Assembly (NCBI GenBank): GCA_051362555.1
Contig: CM120643.1
Span: forward strand, 2,666,001 to 2,730,000
Reading direction: 5' to 3'
DNA: 64,000 nucleotides
Origin: Lingula anatina
Taxonomy: Eukaryota > Animalia > Brachiopoda
The position numbers and the translations under genes were made by a program. Of this stretch, positions 25,929 through 43,877 are shown piece by piece (within the stretch, counting starts at the first letter, position 1; every line of letters starts with the position of its first letter). A model generated the notes under the pieces. That model did no database searches and was not told the DNA's origin. It worked only from the letters and a program-made list of their open reading frames with translations.

Positions 25929-26176
25929 GACGTTTGTTAAGATACTTCATGGTATATTACCACTTCATAGGATAAGAATTACTACTTCATGATAGAAGGC
26001 GACTTCATTGGTTAAAAATAAGGACCCTTAGGAGACTTCGTAGTATATTACCACTTCATGGTACATTGTATCCAAACATGTTTCAGTTCTGGTTGGATGT
26101 GGAAATTAGGCGTAAAGGTCGATATGAAGTTTCATTCTAGACCATGATTTCCAGAGTGACGTGTGTATTTGAAATG

Positions 26177-26209
<33 letters not shown>

Positions 26210-28527
26210 GGGGGGGGGGTAACATTACTCATGATAGTGCGTATTTTATCTCGTTGGAGTTTAATGAAGCTGTTATTTTCAGATGTTCTCGTAGATACCC
26301 GTGAGATTAACTTCTATAAATAATGTATTTTATCTCAAGAGCTCCGATCCAGCGACGGAAAGCATAAAGCTAGTTTTTTGTTTTACCCATTTAGTTTTGA
26401 GATTTTTCAGATTTCAGGACGATTAAAAACTGACAATATTTGAACGTTGAATCATGGCGGGTCTAAGGCACTAGATGTATAAGACGAACGAAGTGTATAA
26501 ATAAACACATTGCCTGCCTTTAAACTAGGGCATAAAACTGACCATGTGTGGTTTGATTGACGGCGCAGGTTTATAGATGTGGCTAGTACACAGTAGCAAG
26601 AATGTATGTGTTTCCACTGTAGGTAGAGAACTCTACTAGGCAGAGAGGTTTTAATTTTGCTCCACACTAGGTGTACATTAATATCTTTAACAAACCGTCT
26701 ATTCCATTATTCGTGTTATAGAAGTATCTCTTTTGTAACTATGACATAAATGTTATGACTTGCAATAACAAGCTGTAAAAATAGGCTTTTCTATTGATAT
26801 GCAACATAAATGTTTCGAAAATATCTCGGTCTTTAAAAAGATTGACCTCCTGGCCTATATACTTAATGAAAACGCTTAGGTCGGAAAGTCTGAAATCTGA
26901 ATGATTTGAAACGGTCAACTGTCCAGATAGATGTCGGGGAGAATGAAATACTGGGGATTCATAAAACTGGTGTGGCGCCGCATTTTGCAACTGCAACGCA
27001 TTTTGCAACCAATGAAAATCGTGAAAACGAATTTTTCAACCGGAACGCATTTTGCAACCAGAATTTTTTCTTAGTCAATAAATAGCTAGTGTGAAGTTCT
27101 ATAGAGGTAGAATTGGAATGGGGACGGGGTGGTCTCGGCTAGGTACGCTTACATTGGTCAAGCTTTCCCTGTGGTGGACAATTCATTATATACATACATA
27201 ATCTATTTCACATTGTTACTTCCTAAACCATCATAGTTAAGAACTTGATACGTCGGGGATTAATAAACCTATCATTATAGGAATTTGCAAAGGCTCTTCG
27301 GAATTCAATTGTGACTTGGGGTGTGGTCGACCCTGGGGGTGGTCTATTCTAATTTTTACATCGGATTTTATGCTAGGAACATGAAACGTGGCTACATACT
27401 ATTTTGAATGTGGAAGTGCACTTCGGATTTTTTTTTTTTTGGGGGGGGGGGGGGGGGCTGGGCTCGGTTGAGTCTAATTGATCGACATTGTTATTCCTGC
27501 CATATCTATCCTTAAGAACAATAAAGCTGGGAACGTAAGGCTATGGGGACTGAAAAATCTGTCTTTGGGGATGTGTATGGGTCCTTCTGGGTTTTTGTGA
27601 CATTGGGTGTGGCCGTCCCTGGGGAGGTTGATTTTAAATTTTACATCGTTGTTCGTGCTTCTACCCTTACGCCATTACAGTTAGGAACATGAAACCTTCC
27701 GGGCTGATAAACTTACCATTGAGGATATGCATAGGTTTCCGGGAATGTTAGTATGATATTTCAGGTGTGGCTATCCCGGGGGGTGGTTGATTCTGTTTTT
27801 CACAACTTTATTTCTGCCATCTATACCCTTAAATTTTAAGGAACATGAAACGGAAATTGATGAACCAGTCATTTTAATGAATGTGCAAGGGTCCTTGAGA
27901 AATGTAGAGAACAGCAGAAGCACATACAGAACTAAATGGACTTCCAGCCATATGCATAAATATAGGTCAGGGAATCCAATTAAAAACTAATTCAAGGCCC
28001 CACACACTCTATCAGGAATCCTAGCGTTTGACTGCTGTTGTGTCTTAACACAAAACAAAATGTTTATTTCCCAAGAGCAGTAATTAACATGTGTGTTTTA
28101 TGTTAAAGAACAATGGGACTTGGACCCTAGGATAGGAGGATTCCTGAGAGTATGGGGTCTTGAATGGGTTTTAATTAACTTGACCTATATTTAAGAATAC
28201 GACTGAAGGTCTGTTATTTAGTACTGTCTGCTGCTTTCTCTACATTTCCCCTTCCTTCCTAACCGCCATCAGATTCACACATAGGATGTAGTACTAGCTG
28301 GGTCGGTCCAACTCTGCAAGGAATCTTAAGTGCAATCTATGGAATCAGCTTCATTGCCTGCAAACCACTAATCACTCCACCCCCTAGGGACGGTCACACC
28401 CCAAGTCACACTAATGTAGCCCACCCATGCACCAAAGACTCATGTTCCTTATTCGAATGGTCTAGCGGGAGATGAAATAAATTACGGTAATATATATGTG
28501 TACCAGGGACAGCCACACCCCAGGTCA

Positions 28528-28562
<35 letters not shown>

Positions 28563-29722
28563 CCTATGCACACCCCGACATTTTAGTTTCCTCAACCTAA
28601 AGACCTATGGGTATATAGAAGAAAATACAATTTAAAGATAATAATCAACCACCCCTAGGTCACCAAAGTCACCAAAAATCCGAAGGACACGTGCACATCC
28701 CTAATGGCAAGTTTAAATATCCCCAACGTCTCATGTTCCTCACTTTAATGGATAGAGGATACCAGTAACAACGATATAAAAAATATATACCCCCCCCCTA
28801 AAGGACTGCAAAGTCCCACTACTAAAGGTAGATGGAAGAAATTACGATGTAAAAATTACAATCAACCACAATAACAATCAACCACAATTCTGAATAAATA
28901 TCAATCTACAAGCCTGTTGATCTCGCTGATCAACTACGTTAGTTAGGCTGCTAAACAACGAGTAGGCCTCTCCCCCCCTCCGAACGCCTTATTAACAGGT
29001 TTCCAAATGCAGACTGTGCCGCAGATAATACTTTCGGGTCAAAAGAGAGCCAGCCAAGGGCACATTTCGGGGACACCATTGATCACATCATGATGGACAT
29101 TCACAGGTGTAGGACCAGAACAGAGCATCTCGGAAACCAAGGGACAGACGTAAATCATTACACTTGCGCGTGTCTTTCCTCATGGAAAAATTAGTCTTAT
29201 AATCCAGTAACCTATGCGTAAATTATGTTTTCATAGCCTGGTTTACCTGATCCATTAGTTTTATGCATCAAGCGGATCTGGGAAGGGAGGGCCCAGGGGG
29301 TCTGGACCCCCTTTTCTTCAACGCTGACCATAATGTCCCATAATGTACTGATTTTTAGTAATAGGCCTACTGAATCCTCACCTTCATACGCCTGTGTATT
29401 TTAAAATTAGGCCTACTCAAAACATGCATCCAATACCACTAAAGAAACCCTATTCAGTCATACAAGTGAATTAAAACGTACAGTTTACCTATTTTGGATA
29501 ATATTAACAGTACAAAAACATTATATTTCAAAAACGTTCTCTCTCATAGCGTTGGGCCAAGAACAGGTACTATTTCACCATTATCCCATGAAGTCGCAGG
29601 CAATATCTTATGTGGAGATGAAGTCGCAATTTATCCTATGAAGTCGATTTGACAGTAAAATCAGAGCATTTATCCCATGAAGTGGTACATGTAATATACC
29701 ATGAAGTATCTTAACAGACGTT
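25929..29722. mobile_element. Large non-autonomous TIR element (~3.8 kb) with nested insertions
   Basis: ~31-bp TIRs acgtttgttaagatacttcatggtatattac / gtaatataccatgaagtatcttaacagacgt, with subterminal acttcat / atgaagt repeats at both ends. Confidence 0.65.
27300..28870. repeat. Degenerate foldback element with internally repeated arms
   Basis: gggtgtggNNNNccctggggg repeats on the left and ccctagggacggtcacaccccaagtcac-type repeats on the right; central inverted arms ~27900-28022 vs ~28137-28250. Confidence 0.55.
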
Positions 29723-31183
29723 ATTGCAGTACACGGCACTAAGTTCAGTTTATTTCCTAGAATGGAATGGATTAAAAAAACCTTTCCTACTACATGTCGG
29801 TAAGATCGACCCAGATTTTGTTCTTTGTTTACTTTTTTGTCTCTAAGTCAGAAAGAGTTCCGAATGCGTAATATATATAATTCAGGTAATTAGGTCACGG
29901 CTGATCCTTTCCTTAGTTTTGAGTATACCGCGAATCGAAACCGATATTTACGATTAATGGGCGTTAAATATTGTAATCGGAAGGTTTCAAGATCCTTTAA
30001 AGTTATGGTATGTAGGCTCTGATCAGCTGACTAAGTTATATGCATAGCTACCTGTAGCCTTCCCTCTACCTTTGGGCCACAGATTGGTTTTTCACTGAAC
30101 ATTCGCAGATATGTCACTGGTAAATCAGTGGCACTTGTAAACATGCATCTGCACTGTAACTCGTTAGAGAAAAGTGCACATTAATCTGCGGCCCTGATAG
30201 AGTATACCCGTAGCCTTCTGCTACCTGTGGGCCATATAAAATACATTACTGCCATTTCGTAGCCTAACGTAATTGACACAGAAGCGAAAGTTTATTTCAC
30301 AACAAGCAGCAGGTGACCTCATTTAATACAACGTAATAGTGTAGATAGCTGTGAACTATATATAACCTGCTGATGACTATCAAGGCCAGCCGTTTTTAGT
30401 CTTTGGGTTACGGACTATGGGTACCCTCTACTAGGGCCGCTGTTTTTATTATGTGGACATTTTCTCACACGCGAAGTAGCCTACAGAGAAAAACGGTCAA
30501 TTTAACCAGTGACAAATATGTGATTATCTAGTGAAAAATCTGCCTGTGAAACTTAGGTATTTTAAAGGGCGAACGGTGCCATTTGGTACAGTTTAGAGCT
30601 ATGATACAGCTTGTCCAAATTCTAATTTCAAGAGGGTGTAAATTGGTGTAATTATTTTCAGAAATCGAAGTGGAGGAAGGGGCAGGACCCCCTGATCCAA
30701 CCTTAATTCGCCACTGTAGAGGTTTAAGAGGTCTATTATTAAAATCATCACCCGACCTCGTATCCGAGAATTACATGTAGTTCATTGCTTGTTGAGCCTA
30801 TCCAGGGTCGTTTGTTTGATTTACCTGTACGTTTGGTTTGGATATACATCGAGCAAAACCCTCAGTGAAGAGATTTCCACCCTTATGTTTGGCTGGCAAA
30901 AAGGGAAGTCACTATTTTATCTCATTTTTGTGCAGCATGAAATACTGTACACCATGAAAGCCTAAAATACAGCACTAATAAAAAACATCATACCTGTTCA
31001 TATCAATATTGCAGTAACGATTTACCGCAGTCACAATTTAAAAAAGGCAATGATTGAGGACACATTTTGGTGCAGCATTGAAAAAGGCTCACTTTTAAAT
31101 GATGACGTTTTATTTTTTCCAGAGCGACAATAGGTCTAATATTAATGGCTCCGTAAAACGTAACATTTGTAATACTGGCCTAG

Positions 31184-35933
<4,750 letters not shown>

Positions 35934-36334
35934 TGAAATTAATAAATTATTAAAATGAACGTCAGTTTAGAAAGTTCTTTTTCTTTTTTCTAGGGTCAAT
36001 GTGAAAAAATGAAAACTTATAAGTAGTTATAGACAACACTTAAATATCTTTATTTCTGCCTTTTTTTAGTCATGCCTTGATACTTATTGCTCATGAATAT
36101 ATTCGTGTAGATTTGTCCGCTGTTTTATTTGCGAATTTTAATTTGAAAATTAAGTTTTCAATGCTTCAGATGGCTTTGTGGCGGATTCAAGAAATACACT
36201 TGGCGCTAACTATTCATGTCACTTCTTAAAAATACATCTTTGGGTTTACAAGTACAGACATGTTATTTAATTGCAATATTTATTCCAAACCGTTTTCTTT
36301 TGATTTTTTCCTTCTTTCTCGAATAATAAATGAA

Positions 36335-37605
36335 AACAAGTACTCAAAACGTGTTTTAATTACTTTTCACAATCTATTTATTGTATTAGTAGCATCAGTT
36401 CTTTAACTATATTCACCAGATTGCCAGTATATGAGTTCCTATTCAACTTCAGTAAAAACTATGGGCTGCCAGTTTTGGAGATATAAGGGACTTAAATGTT
36501 GCAAATTTCAGTTAATGGTGAAAAGTTGGTCAAAGGTCAACTTCAACGTCACAGTTAGTTTACCAGTATAAGACTTCCTATTCAACTTTAATAGTAACTA
36601 TGGACCTATCTCTGCCAGTTTTGGAGATATAAGGGACTAAATGTTACAATTTTGGGGTTACAATAATGTGCCATAAATTTCTTACAGAGGAAATTAATTG
36701 AAATAAAGAAAAGGTCCTTTTGGTTAAAATTATTTAAATGGGAAGTGCTCAGAAGTCCCAGATATTCAAATTTCATGAATTGATGTCATTTTTGACCACA
36801 AGTTGTCTGCCTCGCCAAGCCTTATGTTATCTTTTCCAGACACTCAAAATTTTATGCATATTGCCGTATTGCACATTTAACTTTCAGCTCTACAATGTAT
36901 TTTTTGATGCAGTATAACTCGTAAACCGTATGGAAAACAGAAAAACCACCCCCAGTGTTGGGCTTTACATGCTCTATCAAATGCAAAAAACAAAATTTCT
37001 CTAGCATTAACAGTTCCAGAATTAGAGTTTTCTGTTTCGGCATCTAATGGCCGCTGCTCCCGTGAAAATGCACCGATTGACCCCAAACTCATGGAGATGA
37101 ACGATGACCTGAAGGGTAACGCCTGCTATTATAGGTTAGGTCTGTGTTGTTTCTGAATACCAGCGTAAACATTTTTTTCGTAAAAAAAATTATTATTATT
37201 TTTTTTAATTTTTGGCCCGTTTCACCTTGAAATAAGGTCAAAGGTCAAATCCAATGGCATATTTGAAACCTCCACATTTGACTTTCGGTCAGCCGTCTGT
37301 AGAAATTTTTCCCATAATTCCTTCGGTATGGTAGATATTTAGCATTTAATTTTGCCAATTTTGGACAAGGGTGCATTGCGACGAGCACCACACCTAGACC
37401 CCAGCACCGACGAAGCCCATACTTTACGTGGAACGAGTTGAGATTATACTCGACCTAAAGCCAAGAGATGGGTACGCAGGCTCTTGTAATCTAGGAGGAG
37501 AAGCGGTAACGGTAACATGGCGGCGGAGCCGGCGGAACGGACGGAACGGACCGGACGGGACTAAAACCATGTGGACCGCCAGCGCCTACACTGGTGGCAC
37601 AATTA
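36335..37605 (-). mobile_element. Probable Helentron-associated (DINE-1/HINE-like) non-autonomous element
   Basis: Minus-strand 5' inverted repeat followed by a (CCGT)-like microsatellite (37518-37600), ~140-bp internal repeats (36416-36655) and ggtcaaaggtcaa motifs. Left boundary uncertain. Confidence 0.45.
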
Positions 37606-38423
37606 TGTACCAGAGGAACTCTTACTGCTTGTAGTATACACTTTATTCTATATCATGCAGAAGAAGCTAGTTTTCATAATCACAAAAAAATGTGTACTAG
37701 TAGACCTAAACAGAGGCAAAATAAATTTTCCCAAATATTTCCACACCAAGATATATATATGCCTATCTATCTATAACAGGATATCGTGAACTGTCAACAT
37801 CGTTAACTTCACTCCATCACATTTACACCTGGACTTATTCATCCTTGTGTTAGCTGACCTTGTGAGGAAGTTTATTGGAATGTAATTCTGAATAACAAGT
37901 TAAGAAAATTCACTAGTTAACTAAAGACACAAAACAACTATCACTTTTACTTTAAAACACCGTTTTTCATATTTTGATGAGGTTCGTTACAGTATTATTG
38001 TCTATTAATCTTTTCAGGAATTAATGAACAATAGGTGGATTATGCAGCATTGATGTTAATAGGCTAGAACTAATTAATTATTACCCATGGCAACATACCT
38101 GGTTTACCTTACAGCTGCCATAAATTCATTTAATACATTATGTCATACATAGGCTTTTATATAAACATAGTATCACGTTTTTTATAATTAATATTTTAAA
38201 TTACGATCCATGTCTTGGATCACGACGACCAAACAACGTTGAGTCAACGACCAAAATTCCACGTTGATTCAACGTCACATTAAGACGGCGTTTTGATATG
38301 GCTGCATCAACATTGATTTGACGTTGAATTTAGGTAGCTCAACGGCCCAACCTGTTTTCAACGTTGATCCAATGTCACTATGCCTGTCGGACAAGACAAC
38401 AGCGTCTCCTTGTCACTCTAAAA

Positions 38424-38669
38424 GACCATTCCCACAGATATTTAGATCGATCTATCCCCCTGGGGAGTCTCACTAAATTGCTGCCAACTTGGCCGGCTTA
38501 AATGTCTATCACGACTAGTAAAGCTGTTAGGGGGTAATTATCTTTACCCTAGCTGATTAGGTAGGCGTGACAGACATTTAAGCCTCTTGAGCTGACAGCA
38601 TTTTAGCGTGAACCCCCAGGGACTTAGGTCAATCCAGATGGATCGATCTAAATCTCTGGGAATGCAGTC
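38424..38669. mobile_element. MITE family M1 copy
   Basis: cattcccacagatatttagatcgatc ... gatcgatctaaatctctgggaatg. Confidence 0.75.
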
Positions 38670-39744
38670 TAACATCTAATCATACTTCTACTATCTAAAA
38701 TATCTTGTAAGTCAAGTATATACAAATATATACTTTACTTTCCATAGTTTAGAAACTTATCACAGATGAATATTCCTGTCCTATGACAATAATTATACTC
38801 ATATTATTAATACAAAGTGAACATTACCGTCACATATCTTAACTTGGAATAATACCTACTTCAAATAGACAGTAACTGCCTCGGCTTGGTTGCAATTCAT
38901 ACAAAAGCAGCAGTGGAGAGAGAGAGAGAGAAACATCTGATCCGACTGCGCTGGAGTACCAGATGACGACCATCATCTTGCCAATCCTTTTGTGGTTGCC
39001 ATGCTCATTAAATACTCAGAACTCTGATTTAGTATTTATTACTTAATCGGCACATTTGTGTGAATCTGAAACATATCAGGCTCCATTTTATTAATTGTTC
39101 CATTTGAGTTGATCTGAATTCGTTAAATTGAAAAAAAAGAGAGAGGGTAAAAAAGTAGGTCTAACATTTTAAAAATCTGCCCAATAGTCACTTGTCTCAC
39201 GGCTTATTCCCAATGATACTATAAATGAAAATGGCATTGGTGGATGGGCCAAGCACAACAGATTTATCCAAAACTGAACAAGACCAAAAAATTGTACAAA
39301 CAAAGTAAATTGTTTCTTAACAGTTTAAACACTTTTTTACCAATGAGACATAATGTTTTGACTTCTCTTTAGAAAAGATTTACTTTTGTACCATCACTTT
39401 ACAAGAAAAAAAGAAGAAATATATATCCCTGAAGACCAAAATTCTTGGTCTTAACAAATGCAACAAAAATTTTGGTTGTTAAACAGACCAAATTGTACAA
39501 GATTATACAAAAACAGCATCACACAAACTTCTGATAACCATATTATTTTTATAGGACACTCATTTTAATAGTGAAGGTTTTGTATTGTTATGCCAAATTG
39601 CTACTGTCACATCAGGTCTAAGGGACCATTCACAATGAATTTTGTCAACTTAGCTTACACACACTAAGTCCACGGGACTCACATTGAATACAATCAGAAT
39701 ATAACAGATTACTTGTTAGCATACCTGACATTGTGTAGAATATA

Positions 39745-40014
39745 TGTAACTATGTGTAAATATGCACTAGACTCGAGATGTCTTGTCTTTTGACTTGCTG
39801 TGATTCTGACGCCCTCTAATTGTTCCTTTGTCTATGTTCCTTTGTTCTGTCTTCCCGCGTCTGTGTCATGTGACGTCTCGTTATAAAAGGCGTTGGCGCC
39901 GGATTTTCAAAAAGTGCTGGAGTTGCTGTTATATGTCACCGTTTATTACAGGGTGAAAAATTTTTTTTATACCAATAAAGATATTTTAAACCACAAGAGA
40001 GTCCGTCTGTTACA
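39745..40014 (+). mobile_element. Solo LTR (270 bp)
   Basis: TGTAAC...GTTACA termini, TATA 4-bp duplication (39741-44, 40015-18), internal TATAAAA (~39882) and AATAAA (~39974). Confidence 0.8.
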
Positions 40015-40909
40015 TATAGAAAATTAAAGCTAGGGATTATACGGTTATGTTGCGGTAAAAACTTGTGAGCAGTCCCACTCACGAGAACCAGATCCACCAA
40101 TCTGACCTTCAATCAATCATAAACAAAATTGGATAAGTATTTTCAGCTTATCTTATCACATGCAACTTCACATGCCCTAAATTTTCTTGAATAATTATGA
40201 TTTATTAAAATGAGCATGGTATAATAGAACATTACTGTATAGCATTTAACGGAACATGAAATGCAGTCTATGTAATTTATTTAAAAAAGCACGGCCTCTG
40301 AGAGATCTGGTGCCAGTAATTATACACATGCTTGCAGACGTGGAAACTGCTGCAGAACATGCTAACTTCATAACAATTCAGTTTATAATGTAATAATGAT
40401 AACATTTCTATTACAACGACAGAAGAAATATGACATGAACAACTATCAATTCAGAGTTTTATGTTGTAAGCTGAAATCACAATGGAGCTGATCTCCTCAA
40501 TGCGCTTTTTGAACACAGCTTACACAAGTGTGCATAATTTATTTGTTGTCGACATAGTCGCTATGATATTATATTATGAATAGTTGCTCAGTAGTTTGAT
40601 TTTTTTTTTTTTGAGAGAGGGAGTGTTGTCGACATCGACAAATAAATCACGCTATCACATCTAACGCAATGTCACGGTTATCTGTTCATGAATATTTGAG
40701 TAGTTTTTGTCAACGTTCGCTATAATAGCGGGCTCATACCACTTCTGGGTGCGGTCAGGTTTTTGCTCTTCAGAATGTAATAAGGTAAGCTACATAGAAC
40801 ACTTATAGACATGTACATTTAGTTGTTTATTTATTTCGATATAAAACATTTGGTAAACCGTCGTCACCTATTTGTATTTGATTAAGTCAGGTGATATTAG
40901 TATAAAGTC

Positions 40910-40958
<49 letters not shown>

Positions 40959-41059
40959 GACATGTACGTTCTCCTTTTAGGCAATTGCTTTCCTGGCCGC
41001 TACGTTACTGTGCACGTAATCTTTAATTTGCCGAATGTTGTGTAAGTACTATAGCTATA

Positions 41060-43877
41060 TACATACCACGGGGCTGATATCTAAACAAAAGGATTGCAGG
41101 GACTGATATCATTGTTACTGTCCAACCAACCGCATGGTTCAGTTCACACAAACAATGCTGTTAACTCGACCCGCTATCAAAAAGTGCTCGCACTTTCTGA
41201 TAGCGTGTCTCGTGGTGACTCGGTAAAATCCTCGAAAAAAAGCTCGATATCTCGCTTTTTTTCTCGAATTTTACATGAATAGTCACTGAAAACAGAAAAA
41301 CAAGAAGGAAACAACGTCAGGCATTTAATTTATATTTTAATGAAATTGGAAATTGCAATTCTGAAATACAACCGGCTGATTTGTTAAATCGATAAGTCTA
41401 CTCAAAGAAGAATCTGTTTGTGTTACACTTTCATCACTGACGTCTGTCTGAGTTCGTATTTTCGGCGGCGTCGGACCATCATCACTCCCGTCAAGGATTC
41501 TGCTGATGTGTTGTTCCTGTTGTTCAGACGGCCGTTTATATGAACGAACGCCTAGAAACATATCCGAAAGAAACGAAATAATACTAAAGGATAATATACT
41601 GGTAAAATATGAGCCCCTTTCCCTAATAAATGAGTAAATGAAAATAACATCACAACTGATTGTAACCACAGTGTTGTAAAATCTGTGCATAAACTTATTA
41701 GTACTATAAAATAAAATAATACTTAAAAAGACATCAGTGGGGATCTTCGTGGCAAAATGAATTTGCCTGGAGTCTAGGCCTACAGCAGTTGAGAGACAAT
41801 TAAGAATTAATCTAAATTATTGTGAAATTTTAGATTAATACAAAACAGTTACACGCACTTAAATTTTGTTGTCTATGTATGGTATTGATGATATTTACGT
41901 ACCTTCGACTGAACGATGCCCTGTTTTGGTCATAATTAGCTGCTCATCGACACCTCTCCGAAAGAGACGCGTCGCAGTAGTTGCCCGCAGAGAGTGGTTG
42001 GTGTAGAATCCTTTCAGGCCAGCCTTTTCACACGTTTCTCGGGTGAAGTTTGACAGGGTATTCACACCAATCGGCTGTCGACTAAACCATACGTCTTCCC
42101 GCCATTTCTGCAAAGGCTGGAGGTAAAAAGAATCGTCTCTGTTATCTTTGGGGATAATTCCATATATTTCTTGTAAATCCTTACATGACATCGCTCCGGG
42201 CAGTCTGCGTTAGCAAAATGGGTCACTTGCTTTGGTACTAATTTGCGATGTTTTAGGCCACCTTGACACGTTTTAGAGACGTCCTTTGAATATTTCAAAT
42301 AAGCAATTTCACCTTCAGGTCCGTGGAGCGTAATTTGAGGTGATTTATATCGCAGTCGTCGATGTTTCTGTCCACCTCGTAATCCGAAATTTTTGCCATT
42401 CAAATAGTGCAGTGTACGCACGAGTACTTTGGGATTATAGTCGCCCAGCGCTTTCGATGACCACAGCTTGCTTTCATCCTCCAAAGAAATTGCTTGGGCC
42501 TTTTTGGTGTTACATCCAAGGCCAGTATGAGAAAGACGTTTCATCTCAGAATCTAATACTTGTCGGAGACCCACAAATTGATCAGAATTTAATAAATCAA
42601 TCCCTCGCTTCGACTCAGTGCGAATGTAACTCTGCAGTCCCATCACAAGGGACAGGAGTGTCCTTGGAGGATATTCCGTACCGTTCTCTTTTCTCACCTC
42701 CAGTATAAATTTGGATATCCAGTACTGAAGTTCCTCGTCAGAGAGATTTGTCAGTGGTTTCATTATTTTATTCCATTTATTAATGGCAATGTCGTTTCCT
42801 TGATAACCGTGCAACCGTGTGTTGTTTCGCGCCACTGCCCACTTATTCCATGTATTAAGTGCCCACATGTTACGACGCAACGTGTTCTTAGGTAAGCTTG
42901 CTTTTGAGCGCAACTCCATTTCCTCATCTGTTACTGGGATAGCGAACCTTTTACTGCTATTCCCCTCCTAAAAACAGGATAATATCATAAGAAAACGCAT
43001 TTTGTCAAATATGTCAATTTTCACGTTTTTCGAAAGCAATGGATCTCATCCGTTCAAATGTCAAGGTACAAATGCATTTTGTCGTATAATTATGTAGTGG
43101 TAATACATATGGAAAAGATAAACATAAATGAAAAATGTGTATTTTTGTTATACGCACCTTCATCTCAGCCGAGAAAGCCTGCTGCTCCTGCTGCTGCTTC
43201 GCGTCTAAATAACACATTTCTGCATTTTGACTTGCGCTTATAAGTTCGTCGTCTGAAATGTCAGAAAATTGTTGCACAGTTTCAAAATGAGACTTCTCTG
43301 CCTTTTGACTTGCGCTTATAAGTTCGTCGTCCGAAATGTCAGAAAATTGTTGCACAGTTTCATAATGAGACTTCTCTGCCGTTTGACTTGCGCTCACGAG
43401 TTCGTCGTCCGATACATCAGAAAACAGCATTTCTGCAATGTCGCTGTCAGCTTTGCCGAAAAATTAATGAGAGTGACTGCCACGTGCGGGAGATGGGCAG
43501 GAAACTGCCACGTGCGGGAGATGGGCAGCCAACTTCTCACAGAAAAACCACTGACCCATATCTCTGACAAAGCACACGCAACCACAAACCATTCACACAA
43601 ATGAAAATAATTGGACGGTGACCACAATTAGACAGAAACTATCGGCGTAAGCGCGGGAAAAGTCCATTCTTTGATATCACCCCATGCGCGGTGATATCAG
43701 CGTGTTCTATTCAAAGTTAGGGGGTTTGGGTGAGGAACATGCACGATTTCCCTTAGTATGTATGACAAATAATGCACTGTTACCCCCTCGCCCGATATCC
43801 ACTATAGCATGCCTCGCTGACGCTCGGCCTGCTATCGTGGATATCGGGCTCGTGGACAGTGCATTATTTACTACATA
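41060..43877 (-). mobile_element. Crypton-like tyrosine-recombinase transposon (full length, ~2.8 kb)
   Basis: No true TIRs; TACATA at both ends; encodes a DUF3504/ZMYM-related tyrosine recombinase. Both ends are defined by the adjacent mini copy. Confidence 0.85.
41337..43430 (-). pseudogene. Crypton tyrosine recombinase (DUF3504-like), 3 exons, one frameshift
   Basis: Exons 43158-43430, 41903-42967, 41337-41551 (GT-AG, in phase). Motifs RF...PKNT, FILEVRKENGTEYPPRTL, FGLRGG, SKTCQGGL, TNHSLRATTAT, TGHRS|GVRSY give the R-K-HxxR-H-Y catalytic set. A 1-bp frameshift at ~42150 (ELSPK/DNRDDSFYLQP). Confidence 0.88.

Noticed and set aside
41337-42967. Host ZMYM/QRICH1/KCTD1 gene
   Set aside because: No zinc fingers or BTB domain; the full catalytic set is retained and transposon-like ends are present.
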